From contig JAXMOL010000007.1 of NCBI GenBank assembly GCA_034669905.1, positions 1-64,000 on the forward strand: a stretch of 64,000 bases of DNA. Reading direction: 5' to 3'. Of the stretch, positions 58,085 to 64,000 are shown piece by piece. This DNA comes from Candidatus Hydrogenedentota bacterium. GTDB lineage: Bacteria > Hydrogenedentota > Hydrogenedentia > Hydrogenedentales > JAEUWI01. The notes under the pieces are model-generated. The model saw only the letters and a list, made by a program, of their open reading frames with translations, had not been told where the DNA came from and searched no databases. The number at the start of each line of letters is the position of its first letter. Position 1 is the first letter of the stretch. Both the position numbers and the translations under genes were made by a program.

Positions 58085-60418
58085 TCAAAGTTTCACCCCC
58101 CGAAGACGGAGCGCGTTCCCCACCACCGAGACCGAACTGAAACTCATGGCAGCCGCCGCAATCATCGGACTCAACAAAATTCCAAAAATCGGGTAGAGCA
58201 CGCCTGCGGCGATGGGTACGCCAAGGGTGTTGTAGGCGAAGGCGAAGAAGAGATTCTGGCGGATGTTACGCATGGTCGCACGGCTCAGGTGCCGCGCACG
58301 GGCGATGCCGGCCAGGTTGCCCTTCACCAGCGTGATGGCGGCGCTTTCCATGGCCACGTCGGTGCCCGTGCCCATGGCGATGCCCACATCGGCCTGGGCG
58401 AGGGCGGGGGCATCGTTGGTCCCGTCGCCCGCCATGGCGACGTTGTATCCTTCCTCCTGAAGTGCCTTTACCTGCGCGAGTTTGTCTTCGGGCATGACGC
58501 CGGCATGCACCTCGTCGATGCCGAGCTCTTTGGCCACCGCCTGGGCCGTGGTTTCGCTGTCCCCAGTGAGCATGACGATGCGCAGGCCTTCCTCCCGGAG
58601 GGCCTTCAGCGCGTCCGGCGTGCTTTCTTTGATGGGGTCCGCAATACCAAGCAGGCTGGCGGGCTTGCCATCCACCGCCAGCAGCACCACCGTCTGGGCC
58701 TTCGCTCGGAGGGCTTCCGCTTCCTCGGAGAGGTGCCCGTGCTCGATAGCCTGGCTGTCCAGCAGGGCACCATTACCAAGGAACACGGCCTTGCCATCGA
58801 CCTGACCTTTCACGCCCTGGCCGGTCACGCTGTCAAAATCCTGGGCATCGGGCGGGGTGATATCCTGTTCTTTGCATGCCGCGAGGACGGCGGCGGCGAG
58901 GGGGTGCTCACTGCTCTTTTCGAGGGCACCAGCGAATCGGAGCACGTCTTCTTCGCGGAAGTCCCCCTCGGCGGAAACAGATACGACGCGGGGCTTGCCT
59001 TCGGTCAGGGTGCCGGTCTTATCCACCACGAGCACGTCCACCCGCTCCATGGCTTCCAGGGCTTCGGCGTTGCGCAGCAATACACCCGCCTGGGCGCCCC
59101 GGCCCGTACCCACCATAATAGAGATGGGCGTGGCGAGCCCCAGGGCGCAGGGGCACGCAATAATCAGCACGGCGATGGCGTTTACCAGCGCATAGGCCAT
59201 AGCGGGGGAGGGGCCCACCAGCAGCCAGATCACAAAGGTCACGATGGAGGTTGCGATGACGGCTGGCACGAAGTAACCCGCGACCGTGTCCGCCACTTTT
59301 TGAATGGGGGCGCGGCTCCGTTGGGCCTGCTTGACCATATCCACAATCTGGGAAAGGGTCGTGTCCGCCCCGACGCGGTCGGCCCGCATGATAAAACTGC
59401 CCTTGCTGTTTACCGTGCCACCGGTCACGTCGTCGTCGACGGTTTTCTTAACGGCCATGGGTTCGCCCGTAATCATGGATTCATCAATGCTGCTTTCCCC
59501 TTCCAGTACAACCCCATCGACGGGTACGCGCTCACCAGGCCGGACACGGAGGCGGTCGCCTTTCTGAAGCTCATCGACGGGCACATCTTCTTCGTCGCCG
59601 TTTTCGTTGATGCGCCGGGCTTCGCGGGGCGCGAGTTCGAGGAGGGCGCGAATGGCACCGGCCGTTTGGCGCCGGGCCTTGAGCTCGAGCACCTGGCCCA
59701 CGAGCACGAGGGTGATGATGACGGCGGCGGATTCAAAGTAGAGGGCCACCTGGCCGTTGTGCCCTTGAAAGCTATCGGGGAAAATCTGCGGGAACAGAGT
59801 CGCCACCACGCTATAGACATAGGCCACGCCCGTGCCCAGGGCAATGAGGGTAAACATATTCAGGCTGCGGTGGACGACGGACTGCCAGCCCCGCTGGAAA
59901 AACACCGCGCCCCCCCAGAGGACGACCGGCGTCGCCAGGGCCAATTGCACCCATTTGAGCCAGGGCTTCCCGAGGAGGTGTTCCAGCGGCGGAAGCATTT
60001 CACCCATGGCGATGACGAAGATGGGCAGGGTCAACGCAAGGCTTACCCAGAAGCGCCGGCGCATGTCGTCCAATTCGCTCGTGTCCTCTTCGCCACCGTC
60101 GTCCCCGTCCAGGGGTTCCAGGGCCATACCACACTTGGGGCAGGAGCCCGGGCCTTGTTGCTCCACCTCCGGGTGCATAGGGCACGTGTAGATGCGCGTA
60201 TCGTTCTTGTCGGCGACCTTCTTTTTTGTGGGATGGAGATACTCCGCAGGGGCCTCGGTGAATTTGTCTTTACACCCCGCGCTGCAGAAGTAATAGGTCT
60301 TGCCCGCGTGTTCAGCGGTGTGTTTCGCCGTTTCGGGATTCACGTCCATGCCACAGACGGGGTCTTTTTCCGTAGGGGCCCCTTGGTGGTCATCGCGTTC
60401 CGAGTGGGAATGGTTCAT
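58085..60418 (-). CDS. copA: Copper-translocating P1B-type ATPase with YHS and heavy-metal-binding domains
   Basis: [58 protein letters not shown] and MSFSS. Confidence 0.95.
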   Translation of the reverse strand: MNHSHSERDDHQGAPTEKDPVCGMDVNPETAKHTAEHAGKTYYFCSAGCKDKFTEAPAEYLHPTKKKVADKNDTRIYTCPMHPEVEQQGPGSCPKCGMALEPLDGDDGGEEDTSELDDMRRRFWVSLALTLPIFVIAMGEMLPPLEHLLGKPWLKWVQLALATPVVLWGGAVFFQRGWQSVVHRSLNMFTLIALGTGVAYVYSVVATLFPQIFPDSFQGHNGQVALYFESAAVIITLVLVGQVLELKARRQTAGAIRALLELAPREARRINENGDEEDVPVDELQKGDRLRVRPGERVPVDGVVLEGESSIDESMITGEPMAVKKTVDDDVTGGTVNSKGSFIMRADRVGADTTLSQIVDMVKQAQRSRAPIQKVADTVAGYFVPAVIATSIVTFVIWLLVGPSPAMAYALVNAIAVLIIACPCALGLATPISIMVGTGRGAQAGVLLRNAEALEAMERVDVLVVDKTGTLTEGKPRVVSVSAEGDFREEDVLRFAGALEKSSEHPLAAAVLAACKEQDITPPDAQDFDSVTGQGVKGQVDGKAVFLGNGALLDSQAIEHGHLSEEAEALRAKAQTVVLLAVDGKPASLLGIADPIKESTPDALKALREEGLRIVMLTGDSETTAQAVAKELGIDEVHAGVMPEDKLAQVKALQEEGYNVAMAGDGTNDAPALAQADVGIAMGTGTDVAMESAAITLVKGNLAGIARARHLSRATMRNIRQNLFFAFAYNTLGVPIAAGVLYPIFGILLSPMIAAAAMSFSSVSVVGNALRLRGVKL

Positions 60419-60528
60419 GGGTGCCTCGCTTTTGGGTTGGCCGGTGTTGCGCGCGGGAAAACGAATGGGTCCGCACGAAACCCGGCGTGGGAGGACAGTG
60501 CATCATCACATCGAAGTGGGGGTAGGCC

Positions 60529-60819
60529 TCAGCGTTTTCCAGGGCCCGCGTAGCGGATGAAGACATCCATCAGCTCTGCAATCTTCTCATCCCGTTCCGA
60601 TTCACTGCCCGAATCGAAGGTGTCTTTCACACAGGTGGCCATGTGCTCGCCCAGCACCAATTTGCTTGTCTGGGCCAGGGCGGCCTGAGCGGCGGATAGT
60701 TGAAGGAGAATATCGACGCAATACTTGCCATCTTCCACCATGCGCCGTACGCCGGCGATCTGGCCTTCGGCCCGCTTCAGGCGGTTGGCCACCTGTTTCT
60801 GTTTCTCTTCATTCAACAT
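60529..60819 (-). CDS. csoR: CsoR/RcnR-family copper-sensing repressor
   Basis: RLKRAEGQIAGV..MVE..YCVDIL.Q, H-x3-C (HMATC). Confidence 0.93.
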   Translation of the reverse strand: MLNEEKQKQVANRLKRAEGQIAGVRRMVEDGKYCVDILLQLSAAQAALAQTSKLVLGEHMATCVKDTFDSGSESERDEKIAELMDVFIRYAGPGKR

Positions 60820-60846
60820 GAGAATCTCCGGTTGAACTCTATCTGA

Positions 60847-60875
60847 ATTATATACCCCGGGGGGGTATCTGTCAA
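60847..60875 (-). promoter_or_regulatory. Consensus sigma70 promoter with a CsoR operator in the spacer
   Basis: Minus strand TTGACA-17 bp-TATAAT; ATACCCC-GGG-GGGGTAT at 60852-60868. Confidence 0.9.
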
Positions 60876-60969
60876 GGGGACGGTTTCAGCCCGTTGGTCA
60901 TCCTTGTAACCGCGTCGGACCCTCGCTAGAATCAGGGATGGACGAAACGATACCAATGGAGTACCGGTG

Positions 60970-61755
60970 ATGAACACTGCGGATGCCGCCACCTTCTATC
61001 GCGAAAACGGATTCTACATGCACACCAGGCCTCTTATGGATGGGGCGGCCATTGCCGACACCATACGTGGGATGGAGGCTGTGCGCGACGGTCACTATGA
61101 AACCGGGCTGCCCCCGGAAGATTCCCCCTGGAAGCCGGGCAACGATCCCCGCACCCTGTGCAAAATAGAAATGGCCCAACAGAGCAATCGGGCCATCATG
61201 GCGGCAGTGGCCAATCCCCGTCTCGGGGCGCTGGCCGCCGAAGTGACCGGTGCATCCATGGTTCAGGCGTGGTGGGTTCAGCTCCTGATGAAACCCCCCG
61301 TGTCGCCAGCAGGTAATTTCAACACCAATGTGGGTTGGCACCAGGACGGCCAGTATTGGACCTGTTGGGAGCCCGGCAGTGAAGTCTTCACGGCATGGCT
61401 TGCCCTGAGCGACGTCACGGAAGCGGCGGGCGCCATGCGCTTCGTGCCGGGGTCACCTACCTGGGGCTTGCTCCACCAGGGCGATTTCTACGGACAGGAG
61501 CTGGAAGGACAAATCAAGGTGCCCGAGGGGAAATCCTGGAAGGAAACGGTGTGCGTGCTGCCCCCGGGGGGCGTGAGCTTCCATCACCACCTGACGCTCC
61601 ACGCCAGCGGACCCAACACAAGCGCGTCGCCCCGCCTGAGCCTGGCCATTCATCTGCGGACCGAAAAATCAACGCCAACGCCAGGGCCCCGCACGGGATT
61701 GCTCGAATTCCTGGACGACCAGGAGCGCTGCCCGGTTATCTGGGAGCGAGGATGA
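60970..61755 (+). CDS. Phytanoyl-CoA dioxygenase (PhyH) family Fe/2OG enzyme
   Basis: FYRENGF, WHQD, TAWLALSD, GAMRFVPGS, TLHASGPNTS..PR. Confidence 0.9.
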   Translation: MNTADAATFYRENGFYMHTRPLMDGAAIADTIRGMEAVRDGHYETGLPPEDSPWKPGNDPRTLCKIEMAQQSNRAIMAAVANPRLGALAAEVTGASMVQAWWVQLLMKPPVSPAGNFNTNVGWHQDGQYWTCWEPGSEVFTAWLALSDVTEAAGAMRFVPGSPTWGLLHQGDFYGQELEGQIKVPEGKSWKETVCVLPPGGVSFHHHLTLHASGPNTSASPRLSLAIHLRTEKSTPTPGPRTGLLEFLDDQERCPVIWERG

Positions 61756-61765
61756 GAATTGTGAA

Positions 61766-61917
61766 GAGCCCCAGTGGGGTGGCATAGAAATCTTGGAGGT
61801 GATGCTTGCTTCGTTCTATGTCGCCCCGCTGGTACTAATACTGGCGTGATTCCACCAATGCCCAGGACTCGCTACGCTCGCCGCTGGGCTACGATATGTC
61901 GCCCACTTCGTGGACTA
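61766..61917. repeat. Isolated REP-like palindrome cluster (family C)
   Basis: AGCCCCAGTGGGGTGGCATAG and the inverted CTATGTCGCCCCGCTGG, then CCCAGG..CTGGG and ATATGTCGCCCACTTCGTGG, between convergent genes. Confidence 0.55.
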
Positions 61918-61978
61918 TATGAACCCGTTTCCGGGGCCTTTCTCATACCCCGGACTCTGCCATTGTTTGCTGGTTCGG

Positions 61979-64000
<2,022 letters not shown>

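Overview
GC-rich bacterial chromosomal window, mostly housekeeping and cell-envelope genes. The long (GE)n-linker surface protein and general gene repertoire suggest Candidatus Hydrogenedentota (inference only). In order: two tandem, colinear pepF paralogs; a SAM methyltransferase; hldE; a REP-associated tyrosine transposase (RAYT) between arrays of large GTGC-led REP doublets; pirin with a palindromic operator; ltaE; hslV without hslU; a second ~246-bp hairpin repeat family bracketing a Tat-exported BNR-repeat gene; rpmH-rnpA-yidD-yidC-jag-mnmE (no flanking dnaA or mnmG); a YhaO/YhaN (SbcDC-like) pair whose nuclease has lost most metal ligands; a GT2/YfhO/oxidoreductase/degenerate sulfatase/SLT block; two PEP-CTERM paralogs with matching sigma54 promoters; MoxR, MltD-LysM, lptFG; a signal-peptide-less Ca-binding protein behind a consensus sigma28 promoter; a 2085-aa lipoprotein with a low-GC central cassette; csoR-copA; PhyH; and a partial (GE)38 surface protein with a possible C-terminal sorting tail. 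No rRNA, tRNA, CRISPR or prophage was recognised. Best leads: the RAYT/REP system with an apparently cassette-like gene inside the second array, the pseudo-nuclease SMC-like pair, the sigma28 Ca-binding protein, the internally variable lipoprotein and the GE-linker sorting tail. All calls come from reading the sequence by eye; no searches were run.
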